Assembly: GCF_046119375.1 (NCBI RefSeq)
Contig: NW_027362767.1
Coordinates: 184,698,001-184,762,000, forward strand
Direction of reading: 5' to 3'
Origin: Phyllobates terribilis
Lineage: Eukaryota
Length of the DNA stretch: 64,000 bases
Shown: positions 1 to 11,692 of the stretch, piece after piece
How the letters are laid out: each line of letters opens with the position of its first letter
Numbering within the stretch: position 1 is the stretch's first letter
Position numbers and translations under genes: made by a program
Notes under the pieces: generated by a model
What the model was told of the DNA's origin: nothing
Databases searched by the model: none
What the model saw: only the letters and a program-made list of their open reading frames with translations

Positions 1-11
1 GGGCCTACAAG

Positions 12-711
12 TAGAAATGAGCGGATCTGATGAGAATTCACCAAATTTCACAGATTTTACCGGGAAATTCTATTTTCAGCAAATTTATTCTCCATGAATA
101 GAATGCCCATTATTATGCTCTAGGATCTGGAGAATAAACGTAAGATGTAGAAAGAAAGCAGAAAAATAACTAATACTTTCCTCACTGCTCACCCCCACTG
201 CCGCCATATGGTCCTCGGTGCCTCTTCTTACCACTCTCGCATGTTAAATCCCCGTGCATCTTCATGCTAGGGTGGACATCCCTTAACGTAACGTTCCAGC
301 GCACATCGCTACATCACGACATTGTGGAGCTTAGTCCCAGCCAGAAGTCCCACCCTAGAGAGCATGTCCTAAGGTCGCCCCCTGTGACATCATGATGTGT
401 GCCGTCACCTTTAGATGCTGACTGTAGGCCGGGACTGCTGGCCGTAAATAGACCCGTAGGGACATCCCGGGCCGAGTCACAGCTGGAAGTCCTGGTCTAC
501 AGTGAAAATGACTACGTTTTCAGTATGTGGGACATTATGGAGATGCTCCGAGGAACAAATGGGGGAGAGCAAGAAACAGAGATGGGAACGAGTTTTTTGT
601 TTGTTTTTTTTACATTTTGCCTGCCTTATACAGCAAAATGGAGGCCAAATCGACATTCTGGAGAATACGGATTTTTGATAATTTGAGTAGAATTCAATTT
701 GCCCAACTCTG
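12..711. mobile_element. Degenerate hAT-type MITE (TAGAGATGAGC-family termini)
   Basis: Starts tagaaatgagcggat and ends atttgcccaactctg (a degenerate reverse complement). Shares cccattattatgctc and the aatttgagta...aattca end with the element at 47935-49019. TSD is only partly matched. Confidence 0.45.
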
Positions 712-1559
712 GCTATAACCAATTTTACAACCAATTTTAAGTGTCATTGCCAAGGCAAACAAAAGGCAAATCCTCAGTGGGCAAAACTGCACAAAAAATG
801 GATCACTGTGTAGTGAAAAAACCATGGCCTTGATCAGATCAATCCATATTTCTGTTGCGCCATGGTGAAGGGAAGGTCAATATTCAGCACAAGCAGCATA
901 GATCAATGAACCATTTGCATCATTGATCAATAGATCAGGGTTGTGGAGGTGTATTAATGCGCTGGCTATTGGTCTCTTAACACACCCTGGGTTTTCTGAT
1001 ACCTGTGGAGGGACACTTGGACACCAGGGCTTACATTAGCGTTCTGACCCAGCTAGTTTATTAATTTATGGTCAGTTGTTTCCCCTTCCAAATGATTTTT
1101 TACAGGTGACATAAAACACCTAAAAGCACAATATTCAATGCCGATAAATCAGAATTAGAATCTTGCTTTGTTCGTGGCTGTAATGTGAGACAAATAAAGC
1201 AAACAGGTTACGGCACATACACAAAGTGTATGAAGAGCAAAATATAAATTAATTTAAAAAAAGCTATATTCTGTGCCGGGGTCTATACATGGAGAGAACA
1301 TAAACCGTTCAGCACAAAAGTAACAGGAGCTTACAAAAGCAATATATATACAGAACGTTGGGCTCTTAGTGCACATTTCATTTGTTGGCTCCTCTCATGG
1401 CCATAATGTGTGAAGTTGCGGATATACTTATCACCAACTCTCTCTTGATTTCTTGACTGTGGAAATGTTGTCGTCTTCTCCTGGGATATTCTTCCCAGCG
1501 CAAATGAGACAAGTCTTTTGCTGCTTAGTTTTCCAGGTTCACATTTAAACCTGCAAGAC

Positions 1560-2135
1560 CACTGTGTAAAATTAAGCCACCGTGCCCCATGAATATGAAA
1601 TAAAGCCCTTGTGCCCCCTAAATGAAACATCAAACTAGTGCGCCCCTCTAAATACAACATGAAACCACTATGCACCCCTGATAATAAAATGAAGCCATTG
1701 TACCCCTTGAAGGGCCCTCTGAAAAAACATGAAGCTACAATGCACCATTAAATGGAGCTACTATGCCTTCTGAATTCAGCACAAAGCCACTGTGCCCCCT
1801 TAGCATAAAATGAAGCCTCTATGGCCCCTAAATTAAAAAGAAGCCACTGTGCCCCCAAATATAAAATGAAGCCACTGTGCCACCTGAATAAAAAATGAAG
1901 CCACGGTGTCCCCTTAAAATTGAGCTACTGAGTTCCCTGGATATCATATGATGCCACTGAGCCTTCTGAATATAACATGAAGCCATGGTGCCCAATGAAT
2001 ATAATAGAAAGAAACTGTTCCCCCTTAATGAAAAATGAAGGCACAGTGCCACTCTTAAAAAGAAGCTACTCTGCCCCCTGAACATAAAATTAAGCCACGG
2101 TGCCCCCTTAACATTAAGCTACTCTGCCCCCTGAA
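1560..2135. repeat. Degenerate AT-rich tandem repeat, ~30-38 bp unit (aaaatgaagccactgtgccccc...)
   Basis: The motif atgaagcca(c/t)tgtgcccc recurs more than ten times in tandem. Confidence 0.6.
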
Positions 2136-2159
2136 TATTATTATTTTCACTTTGCTTAT

Positions 2160-4107
2160 TGTATAAAAGACACCTGTATACACACTCAATCAATCACACT
2201 CCATCCTCTCCACCATGGCCAAGACCAAAAAGCTGTCTGAGAACACCAGGGACAAAGTTGTAGACCTGCACAAGGCAGGGATGAGCTACAGGACAATAGG
2301 CAAGCAGCTTGGTGAGAAGGAAACAACTGTTGATTGGGTGCAATTATTAGAAAATGGAAGATGACTTTCAATCTTCCTCTGTCTGGGGATCCATGCAAGT
2401 TCTTGCCTCGTGGGGTAAGAATGATTATGAGAAAGGTCAGGAATCAGCCCAGAACTACACGTGAGGACCTGGTCAATGACCTGAAGAGAGCTGGGACCAC
2501 AGTATCAAACATTAACGTTAGTAACACACTACTCCGTCATGGATTAAAATCCTGCTTGCGCCAGCACATGTCCAGGCCCTTTTGAAGTTCGCCAATGGCC
2601 ATCTGGATGATCAAGAGGAGGTATGGGAGAAGGTTATGTGGTCAGATGAGACCAAAATAGAATTTTTTGGTATCAACTTCACTCGCCGTGTTTGGAGGAA
2701 GAAGGATGAGTACAACCCCAAGAACACAGTCCCAACCGTGAAGCATGTTGGGGAAAACATCATACTTTGGGGGTACTTTTTCTGCAAATGGGACAGGAAG
2801 ACTGCACCGCAGGGAGAATGGATGGGGTCATATATCGCAAGATTTTGGCCAACAACCTCCCTCCCTCAGTAAGAGCATTGAAGATGGGTCATGGCTGGGT
2901 CTTTCAGCGTGACAATGACCCGAAACACACAGCCACGGTGTTTCAACACAGCATTTCTTCTTAATCACCCAGACGGCTAAATTCAGGAGAAATACACTAT
3001 TATTCTTATGCTGACTTTTGAATTTTTGTATATTTCTTTGGTTGGTCAAGAAGAACAGACTATTGTTTGTGTAAGCCTACATGTTGACACTTGGGATATT
3101 TACTGCAACTTATGGTCTGTTATCTCCTGTGACAGGGACTGAGGGTCATGAAACAATGATGTTTACTAAAATGCTGATTACATATTGTGCCGAGCCAGCT
3201 AGCTTATTGACTAGCTAAACAGGAGGACGTTTAGATGTTCTAACAATGTAAGTTAAACTCATCTCACCTCCCCCTGATCTGTGGATAATGTCTAAAGGGA
3301 CAGTTGTGAATTATAAAGGGTTCTCTGCCTCTGTATCAGAGAGACTTTACAAAAACACATCCAAGAGAGACTCTTCAGGAAAGCAACCAGAACACATAAC
3401 TCCATCAAGAGGAATAAAGATCTGCTCCAGTGAATATGACTGAACTCTTAAAGACGTTATGAAGATATTCAAGTTGGGACACTCAGGTCACCTGGCCACA
3501 TATCTCACTGCTCTACTTCTGGCGAGCCAGCGGAAAGGTGAGACTCTGAAATTTGTACCATCTTGTGTATTTGCTGGGACTGTTCTATATGTTTATTGTC
3601 AGTTTGGTGGTTCAATAAAATATTGGCACACTGTTTTACCCTCACCCTGTGTTGTCTGAGTAGTATTATGCCCACGGAAGACCCCAGGTCTTCACACAGG
3701 GCAGTTAAGGAGTGGCTCAGTAAGAAGCATTTCAAGGTCCTGGAGTGGCCTAGCCTGCAACAGCCTCGAAGCCTGAAAGATATGGAGAAGATGGAGGACT
3801 TGCCCAAAATCCCTGCTGCAGTGTCTGCAAACTTGGTCAAGAACTACAGGAAACGTCTGACCTCTGTAATTGCCAACAAAGGTTTCTGTACCAAATATTA
3901 AGTTCTGTTTTTCTATTGTTTCAAATACTTATTTCATGCAATAAAATGCAAATTAATTGTGTAAAAATCATACAATGTGATTTTCTGGTTTTTATTTTTA
4001 GATTCTGTCTCTCATAGGTGAAGTGACCTATGATAAAAATTACAGATTTCTCCATTCTGTGTAAGTGGGAAAATCAGCAATGTATGAAATACTTATTTTC
4101 CCCACTG
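2160..4107 (+). mobile_element. Decayed Tc1/mariner transposon, left end missing, interrupted by a solo LTR
   Basis: ATG at 2215 gives [22 protein letters not shown]. Fragments [22 protein letters not shown] lie before 2938 and [17 protein letters not shown]...[11 protein letters not shown] after 3697. Right end is ...ttttccccactg. Several frameshifts. Confidence 0.85.
2939..3696 (+). mobile_element. Solo LTR inserted in the Tc1 transposase
   Basis: TG...CA termini. Flanks cacgg/caggg form a 5-bp TSD with one mismatch. Removing it rejoins the Tc1 KHTA-R-A motif. Contains attataaa and aataaa. Confidence 0.65.
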
Positions 4108-5579
4108 TGTGCTGCCTAAACCACAGGCAGCATTAATCAGACATTGGATGTGTAATTACTGCCATGCAAGTTCTACTTTGAAATGATCCAGTGTTTCAAA
4201 GAAAACTAATTTTGAAGAAAAGGACAATGCATTTGGGATGACTAGTTCAAGGCCGGTCTCCAGTGGTTTCTCCCCATCTCACTCCCCTGGACGAACAGGT
4301 TTCTCCTTATTCCTGTGTATTGGAAGAGTCCTCTCAGTCTAGTGGCTTGGGGCGGTGAGAAGCAGCTGGTGACCTGTCTCAGAATAATCATCTCAGACGC
4401 ATTGTCCTTGCTTTGCTTTTTTTATATCACTTTATATATGTCCCATATTTACGGGTATATCCCCAAATAAGACATCAGCAAAACAGGGATATAGTTTACA
4501 TACATACAGCGACATTCTGTGCCTGGCACCAGCATTTTTTCTATTCTTTCTAGTATTAGGGCGTTATAGGGCTAGAAGGGACAGCCGCCGAGGAGAGGGG
4601 GCGCCACTGGCGTAGGAATACGGGTGCCAACCTCCACTGGTAGGTAGGGGTGAGTTTGAGTGATTTTTAGGGACATTGAGCTCCTTTTTTACATATATGT
4701 TTTCTCACCTGGGTGTAGTGTCTTCTGTATTTTTTTGAGTATTTATTAAAAGTTATATTTTAATTATATTTTTCCAAAAAGTAAGAATTTAAGACGGTGA
4801 ATTCTTGTTGTTGGCAGCGTACTGAATTTATCACTTTACGGTGAATTCAAACCATCTCAACTAACTAATACGTCCCACCTGAGTTGCCCAGGAATTAAAC
4901 TTTCATCATCGTATGTAACCTTCTGTTCCAACAATTATCCCCCAACTGTCCGTTCCCTCTTTGCCCTGATGAACACCCGAAGGTCCCGAACGATTTCCTG
5001 GTTTGGTTGTATCAAAATAACATGGTTACCATATATCCTTCGGCACCTACAGATGAAAATTGTTTCATTTAATTGGGTTTCCTTTCGACCAGGAATCGCT
5101 GAAATAGCCAGAAATACTTTATATACACCTAGACTTAAAGGGAACCTGTCATGTGCAAACCACTGTTAACCTGCAGATATGGGGCTAATCTGTAGGTTAA
5201 TAGCATTCTTTTTTTTTTTTTTGTCCCCTCTTTTTTTGCTTTGATTGGACCTGCACTCTCCCCATTAGGCTCAGGTGTTTTTAATTAGCAGAAGACTGAA
5301 ATAGGGGTTCAGCCTAATTTTGCTCTCAGCTTTTAGTCTGATGTCAGGTGGAAGGTGAGATTTTTAGCTTTATTCCCTTGATGTTGTTGCTATTCGTCAG
5401 CCATTGTTGCTGTGATTCTGTGCCTGGGTGTCCGACAGATGTATCACATATAACTGCGGTCCAAATTCAGCCATTTTTGGCCTCCTTGGTGTGACCTGGA
5501 GCCAATGGTGTTTGGTGTATGACATTGCACCTTTAAGGACGGGGACCTGCTGAGAGGTTCACCATGATGTGGTAATGGG

Positions 5580-7608
5580 TGTAATGCACACGCCTGGACT
5601 GACTGGCGTGTGCGTGTTTAGTGATTCCACTGTGCCATGAACCGGAGAGTGCCTGGAGGGGCGTAACTAAGTATCTGCCCGATCCGACCAAGGTTGCACG
5701 ACGGCATACGACGCCAGTGCACCAGGGAGGAACCGGGCAGAGGGACCAGGTGCTACTCCATACTCCAGGTCAGACCCCGGACACGGCTGTTGACCCACAC
5801 CGGGGAATACTGGAACAGGCAGGTTAGGCTGGCACACAGACTGGTGGGTATAGGCTGACACGGCTGGAATGCAGACGGGTGGATGCTGGCGAGCACAACT
5901 GGTATGCAGGCAGGGAGGTACTGGCTGGTACGACAGGTTGCAGCACAGAGTGGATAGGACCCAGTTCAGACTGGGACTCAGGAACAGAACCGCAGATGCG
6001 GTGGACAAACACAGCAGAGTGAGACCGCCCGGAGCGGCGAGCAAGAGCAGAGCAAGACGAGACCACCAGTAGCGGTGAGCGAGAGTAGAGCAGGACGAGA
6101 CTGCCGGAGCAGTGAGCAAAGGGTCAGAGCAGAGCGAGACTACCTGAGCAGTGAGCAAAGGGTCAGAGCAGAGCGAGACTGCCGGAGCAGTGAGCAAAGG
6201 GTCAGAGCAGAGCGAGACAGCCGGAGCAGTGAGCAAAGGGTCAGAGCATAACGAGACTGCCGGAGCAGTGAGCAAAGGGTCAGAGCAGAGCGAGACTGCC
6301 GGAGCAGTGAGCAAAGGGTCAGAGCAGAGCGAGACTGCCGGAGCAGTGAGCAAAGGGTCAGAGCAGAGCGAGACTGCCGGAGCAGTGAGCAAAGGGTCAG
6401 AGCAGAGCGAGACTGCCGGAGCAGTGAGCAAAGGGTCAGAGCAGAGCGAGACTTCCGGAGCAGTGAGCAAAGGGTCAGAGCAGGCTAGAACCGCCAGAGC
6501 GTTGAGCAAGGCAGAGCAGGCTAGAACCGCTGGAGCGGTGAGCAAGGCAGAGCAGGCTAGAACTGCCGGAGCGGTGAGCAAGGCAGAGCAGGCTAGAACC
6601 GCCGGAGTGGTGAGCAAGGCAGAGCAGGCTAGAACCGCCAGAGCGGTTAGCAAGGCAGAGCAGGCTAGAACCGCCAGAGCGGTGAACAAGGCAGAGCAGG
6701 CTAGAACCGCCGGAGCGGTGAGCAAGGCAGAGCAGGCTACAACTGCCGGAGCGGTGAGCAAATCAGAGCAGGGGGGACAGGGCTCTGTTCACACGGAACA
6801 GACAGGAAGGGGAAGGCAGAACCAGATACACACAAGATACTTGCAATGAAGTAGCAAGTGGACTCTAAACTCACAAACGGAAGTACAGCGACAACGAGTA
6901 GGAGTTAGGTGCAGGTTCAGACTCTGCAGAAAAAGGGAAGGTACGGACATAGAGAAAAACAGGAGACAGGAGACAGGTTAGGAGACAGTTCAGACAGGAA
7001 TTGTTACTGCAACAAATATAGGAACGAGCCAAGGTAAAGCCAAGTGCAGGCTCAGACAATGCAGGAGAAAGGTAAGGTACGGGCATAGAGAAAAACAGGA
7101 AGCAGGTTAGGAGTCAGTTGAGACAGGAACTGTTACTGTAGCGAGATACCGGAGCGAGTCTGGGTATGCGGCCCCCAGAGGGCGGGACGAACAGGCTAAG
7201 AGCGTGTTCACACAGGCCTGGAAATACAGCCTCCAGGAAAGGCAGAAAGACAGCTGGCAAGAGTGCACAGACAGGACACAGTTCAGACACGGGAAACCCA
7301 GACAGGACCTGGCACATCAGTGACAAGAAGCCAACTGATAGAACAAGATGCTCAGGCATGGATTCCAAGGAGGAGCTGATTTAAATACCAGGTGACCGAC
7401 AGCAATAGGCTGAGGACGCATTAGGGGTGGGTCTGCAGCAGCTACAAGAAACAGGAAGTTAGGCGGGCATTGCCCTAAGCAGCCATAGCAGAGCAAAGCA
7501 GAGATTAAGGAAAGAAGCCAGAGTGGCAGTCTGGACTGGAAATCAAGTGCGCGCTCTTGCACAGTGGGAGATGGACCACTATGCAAGGACGCCGCCAGGT
7601 ATGTTACA
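5580..7608 (-). mobile_element. 3' LTR (VNTR-expanded) of a chromovirus-derived element
   Basis: Termini tgtaatg.../...atgttaca match the reverse complement of the solo LTR at 11693-13071. The adjacent gtac-C-run at 7609-7630 is the polypurine tract on the minus strand. Confidence 0.75.
6108..6765. repeat. VNTR inside the LTR: about 10 x 39 bp followed by about 8 x 36 bp
   Basis: Units gcagtgagcaaagggtcagagcagagcgagactgccgga and gcggtgagcaaggcagagcaggctagaaccgccgga. Confidence 0.9.
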
Positions 7609-9107
7609 GTACCCCCCCCCCCCCCCTTACACCCCCTCTTCTTCAGGCCTGCCAGAATCTTCCACAGGGAATTTGAGGGCCAATCCTTCTCTTCAAGGAG
7701 ATTACTTCTACTGTCCACAGGAAGAGACAAAACTGGTCTCATCTGGGTAGCTAGGATGCTACCTCCTATCCAGCCATCCTCAGCAACAGATGAAACGGGC
7801 AGAGTACCAGGAACAGCACACAAGGAAGTCTCTCTCCACTTATTATCAGGTAGCACCCCAGAGGGTTCAGGAGACAACTGGAAGTCCTCCGCCGGGTTGG
7901 AGGGGTGCTGAGACTCAGGGGTAACCTCCGCTTCAGAGTACACTTGTTCAGACTCACTGGATGAAGCGGGCGAGGTATCAGGTACCGGGTATAGGAAGAT
8001 CTCTGTCCATTTGCTATCAGGTAGCACCCCGAAGGGTTCAGGAGACACCTGGAGGTCCTCCGCCAGGTCAGAGGAGTGCAGAGACTCGGGGGTAACCTCT
8101 GCTTCGGAGTACACTAGGTCGGACTCACTGGAAGAAGCGGGCGAGGTATCAGGTACCGAGTATAGGAGAGTCTCTGTCCATTCGCCATCAGGTAGCACCC
8201 CGAAGGATTCAGGAGACACCTGGAGGTCCTCCGCTGGGTCAGAGGAGTGCAGAGACTCGGGGGTAACCTCTGCTTTGGAGTACACTAGGTCGGACTCACT
8301 GGAAGAAGCGGGCGAGGTATCAGGTACCGAGTATAGGAGAGTCTCTGTCCATTTGTCATCAAGTGGTATCCCGGAGGATTCTGGGTGGGCAGCAGTATCT
8401 TCGGGCTGAGGAACTGGTGCGCTACCCATGCACATTACCCGTCGGGGCTGCTCCGGGATACTGGGAAGTGAAGCTTCAGCAGGGACTTCAAGGTTGGGGT
8501 CAGAAGGTCTTTGGGAGGACAGACCCTGGCGTGACCGCTTGCCTCTACGCCTAGCACGTCTGGACTGCCTCTTGAGGTTGGGAGAAGTATTCCGGAGAGC
8601 GTAGTCATCCTGTGTGGATTCTGGCTGGGCAGTAGTCTCTTCGGGCAGGAGGACTAGTGCGCTACCCACACACATTACCCATCGGGGCTGCTCTGGGATA
8701 TTGGGAAGTGAAGCTTCAGCAGGGGCTTCCGGGTTAGGGTCATCAAAGACCATTAGAAAGGCCACCAGGAAGGCCTGCAGGTCCAAGACGATAGGATCCT
8801 GTGCTTCCCATAGGGGGGAGATCCATTTCAAGGCATCACCCGCTAGGTAAGACATCATGAATCCCACCTTAACCCGATCTGTGGGAAAATAAAGAGGGTA
8901 GAACTTGAACTGTAGCATGCATTGCTCCACAAATGCACGACTCTGTCTTGGATCCCCATAGTACCGTGGTGGATCAGCAGGAATGGGTGCAGAAAGCTCC
9001 ATCAGGACGGGTGCGTAATTCGCCTGGAACTCAGCTAGTAGCAAAAAAATAAATAAATAAATTTCTTCTAGATGCACGTATTCGCTGGAAAACGTCTCAA
9101 TGGGCAC
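7317..9107 (-). CDS. Gag capsid N-terminal domain (Ty3/sushi, PEG10/LDOC1/RTL-like) fused to S/E/P-rich in-frame repeats; ORF of a non-autonomous LTR element
   Basis: PPRYYGDPRQSRAFVEQCMLQF...DRVKVGFMMSYLAGDALKW...QAFLVAFLMVFDDP is a typical gag motif. It is followed by a ~81-aa-spaced duplication and 57-aa (171-bp) repeats. The ORF ends KILAGLKKRG and reads into the LTR. The true start is uncertain. Confidence 0.7.
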   Translation of the reverse strand: MPIETFSSEYVHLEEIYLFIFLLLAEFQANYAPVLMELSAPIPADPPRYYGDPRQSRAFVEQCMLQFKFYPLYFPTDRVKVGFMMSYLAGDALKWISPLWEAQDPIVLDLQAFLVAFLMVFDDPNPEAPAEASLPNIPEQPRWVMCVGSALVLLPEETTAQPESTQDDYALRNTSPNLKRQSRRARRRGKRSRQGLSSQRPSDPNLEVPAEASLPSIPEQPRRVMCMGSAPVPQPEDTAAHPESSGIPLDDKWTETLLYSVPDTSPASSSESDLVYSKAEVTPESLHSSDPAEDLQVSPESFGVLPDGEWTETLLYSVPDTSPASSSESDLVYSEAEVTPESLHSSDLAEDLQVSPEPFGVLPDSKWTEIFLYPVPDTSPASSSESEQVYSEAEVTPESQHPSNPAEDFQLSPEPSGVLPDNKWRETSLCAVPGTLPVSSVAEDGWIGGSILATQMRPVLSLPVDSRSNLLEEKDWPSNSLWKILAGLKKRGCKGGGGGTVTYLAASLHSGPSPTVQERALDFQSRLPLWLLSLISALLCYGCLGQCPPNFLFLVAAADPPLMRPQPIAVGHLVFKSAPPWNPCLSILFYQLASCH

Positions 9108-9432
9108 AGTCTGATCAGATTGTTAAACTAAGAACCTCAAGTTCAGATTTATAAATGTTTGATTGATCCACGTTTTGGATGCTATGAGTAATCTACTTAA
9201 TTACAATCTTATCAGATATACTCATCTCTAGCCAGTATATAAGCCACTAGCCTCGTCATGGAGCCTTACCCCTGAGGAACCCACCTCCTGTGGTGATAGG
9301 CATGATGCTTTCTGAGTGAGACAATTCCCCAGGTGACTATGCACATGGCACTTTATTGCACAGTGTCACTGATCACCTGTGTTGCACCTTTTGAATTATT
9401 GAATACTATTTAACACCATTGGTTTCTATTTA

Positions 9433-11014
9433 CAGTGCCTACAAGTAGTATTCAACCCCCTGCAGATTTAGCTGGTTTGATAAGATGCAAATAAGTTAGA
9501 GCCTTCAAACTGCAAACGAGAGTAGGTTTTATGAACAGAAGCATAAATCTTACAAACCAAAAAGTTATGTTGCTCAGTTGAATTTTATTAAATTTTAAAC
9601 ATAAAAGTGTGGGTCAATTATTATACAACCCCTATGCTTAATATTTTGTGGAATAACCCTTGTTTGCAATTACAGCTAATAATCGTCTTTTATAAGACCT
9701 GATCAGGCCGGCACAGGTCTGTGGAGTTATCTTGGCCCACTCCTCCATGCAGATCTTCTCCAAGTTATCTAGGTTCTTTGGGTGTCTCATGTGGACTTTA
9801 TTCTTGAGCTCCTTCCACAAGTTTTCAATTGGGTTAAGGTCAGGAGACTGACTAGGCCACTCCAACACCTTGCCTTTTTCCTTCTTGAACCAGGCCTTGG
9901 TTTTCTTGGCTGTGTGATTTGGGTCGTTGTCTTGTTGGAAGATGAAATTACGACCCATCTTAAGATCCTTGATGGAGGAGCGGAGGTTCTTGGCCAAAAT
10001 CTCCAGGTAGGCCGTGCTATCCATCTTGCCATGGATGCGGACCAGATGGCCAGGCCCCTTGGCAGAGAAACAGCCCCACAGCATGATGCTGCCACCACCA
10101 TGCTTGACTGTAGGGTTAGTATTCTTGGGGTCGTATGCAGTGCCATCCAGTCTCCAAACGTCACGTGTGTGGTTGGCACCAAAGATCTCGATCTTGGTCT
10201 CATCAGACCATAGAACCTTGAACCAGTCTGTCTCAGAGTCCTCCAAGTGATCATGAGCAAACTGTAGACGAGCCTTGACATGACGCTTTGAAAGTAAAGG
10301 TACCTTACGGGCTCGTCTGGAACAGAGACCATTGCGGTGGAGTACGTTACTTATGGTATTGACTGAAACCAATGTCCCCACTGCCATGAGATCTTCCCGG
10401 AGCTCCTTCCTTGTTGTCCTTGGGTTAGCCTTGACTCTTCGGACAAGCCTGGCCTCGGCACGGGAGGACACTTTCAAAGGCTGTCCTGGCCGTGGAAGGC
10501 TAACAGTAGTTCCATAAGCCTTCCACTTACGGATGATGCTCCCAACAGTGGAGACAGGTAGGCCCAACTCCTTGGAAAGGGTTTTGTACCCCTTGCCAGC
10601 CTTGTGACCCTCCACGATCTTGTCTCTGATGGCCTTGGAATGCTCCTTTGTCTTTCCCATGTTGACCATGTCTGAGTGCTGTTCACAAGTTTGGGGAGGG
10701 TCTTAAATAGTCAGAAAAGGCTGGCAAAAGAGATCTTTAATCCACACATGTGAAGCTCATTATTCTTGGTGCTTGAACTACTTCTTAATACTTTTGGGGG
10801 ACCAAACAGAATTCTTGTGGTTTGAGGGGTTGAATAATAAATGACACTCTGAATTAACTTTTAACGTTTTTTAAAAAAAAAAAAAAAAAAATTTGCTACA
10901 GTGCATTTCCCACTTCCAGGCTGATCTACAGTACAAATGTCACAATGCCAAGTTAATTCCGCATGTGTCAACCAGCTAAATCTGCAGGGGGTTGAATATT
11001 ACTTGTAGGCACTG
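9433..11014 (-). mobile_element. Full-length Tc1 transposon (1582 bp) with TIRs and TA TSD
   Basis: 45-bp TIR cagtgcctacaagta(g/a)tattcaaccccctgcagatttagctggtt with 1 mismatch. TA on both flanks. Confidence 0.95.
9638..10669 (-). CDS. Intact Tc1 DD34E transposase
   Basis: Uninterrupted 343-codon ORF with a paired-like HTH N-terminus (GRP-like PRPGQP), WSDETK, QQDNDP and SPDLNPIE. 34 residues separate the second D and the E. Confidence 0.93.
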   Translation of the reverse strand: MVNMGKTKEHSKAIRDKIVEGHKAGKGYKTLSKELGLPVSTVGSIIRKWKAYGTTVSLPRPGQPLKVSSRAEARLVRRVKANPRTTRKELREDLMAVGTLVSVNTISNVLHRNGLCSRRARKVPLLSKRHVKARLQFAHDHLEDSETDWFKVLWSDETKIEIFGANHTRDVWRLDGTAYDPKNTNPTVKHGGGSIMLWGCFSAKGPGHLVRIHGKMDSTAYLEILAKNLRSSIKDLKMGRNFIFQQDNDPNHTAKKTKAWFKKEKGKVLEWPSQSPDLNPIENLWKELKNKVHMRHPKNLDNLEKICMEEWAKITPQTCAGLIRSYKRRLLAVIANKGYSTKY

Positions 11015-11692
11015 TATATCTACAGTTGAAACCAGATGTTTCCATACACTATATAAAAAGACACATATGCATGTTTCTCTCAATATCTGACATGAAATCA
11101 GAATAAACCTTTCCCGTTTCAGGTTAATTAGGATTACCATCATTTTTAATATTTGCCAAATGCCTGAATAATGAGAGAGAGAGAATGTTTTAAGGCATTT
11201 TTATTACTTACTGCAAAGTCAAAAGTTTACATATACTAAGATTACTATGCCTTTAAACAATTCTGGACTGCCCATATGATGATGTCATGTGTTTGGAAGC
11301 TTATGATAGCTTTTTTGGCAACATCTGAGTTAATTAGAGACACACCTGTGGATGTATTTTACTGTATACCTGAAACACACTGCTTCTTTGTGTAGCATCA
11401 TGGGAAAGTCTAAAGAAATCAGCCAAGATATCAGGCAGAGAATTGTGGACTTGCACAAGTCTGGCTTATCCTTGGGTACAAGTTCAAGATACCTGAAAAC
11501 CTTGTTCAACTGTACAAACAATTATACGCAAGTAGAAACAAGATGGGAAAGTCCAGCCATCATACCGCTCAGGAAGGAGACGGGTTCTGTGTCCCAGAGA
11601 TGAACGTGCTTTGGTCCGACATGTGCATATCAACCCAAGGACAAAAGAAAAAGACCTTGCGAAGATGGCGGAAGCTGGTAAGATCGTGTCAG

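Noticed and set aside
4310-4770. Possible old Penelope-like 3' end (also ~9040-9430)
   Set aside because: Only vague motif resemblance (AT-rich tail, degenerate core), with no TSD or clear ORF that I could support.
5667-6849. Long repetitive ORFs on both strands (364 aa, 232 aa)
   Set aside because: They arise from stop-free 39-bp and 36-bp VNTR units inside an LTR. There is no domain or splice evidence.
9782-10517. Alternative-frame and antisense ORFs over the Tc1 transposase (and similar ones over the gypsy pol genes)
   Set aside because: Shadow ORFs of real coding sequence, with no independent motifs.
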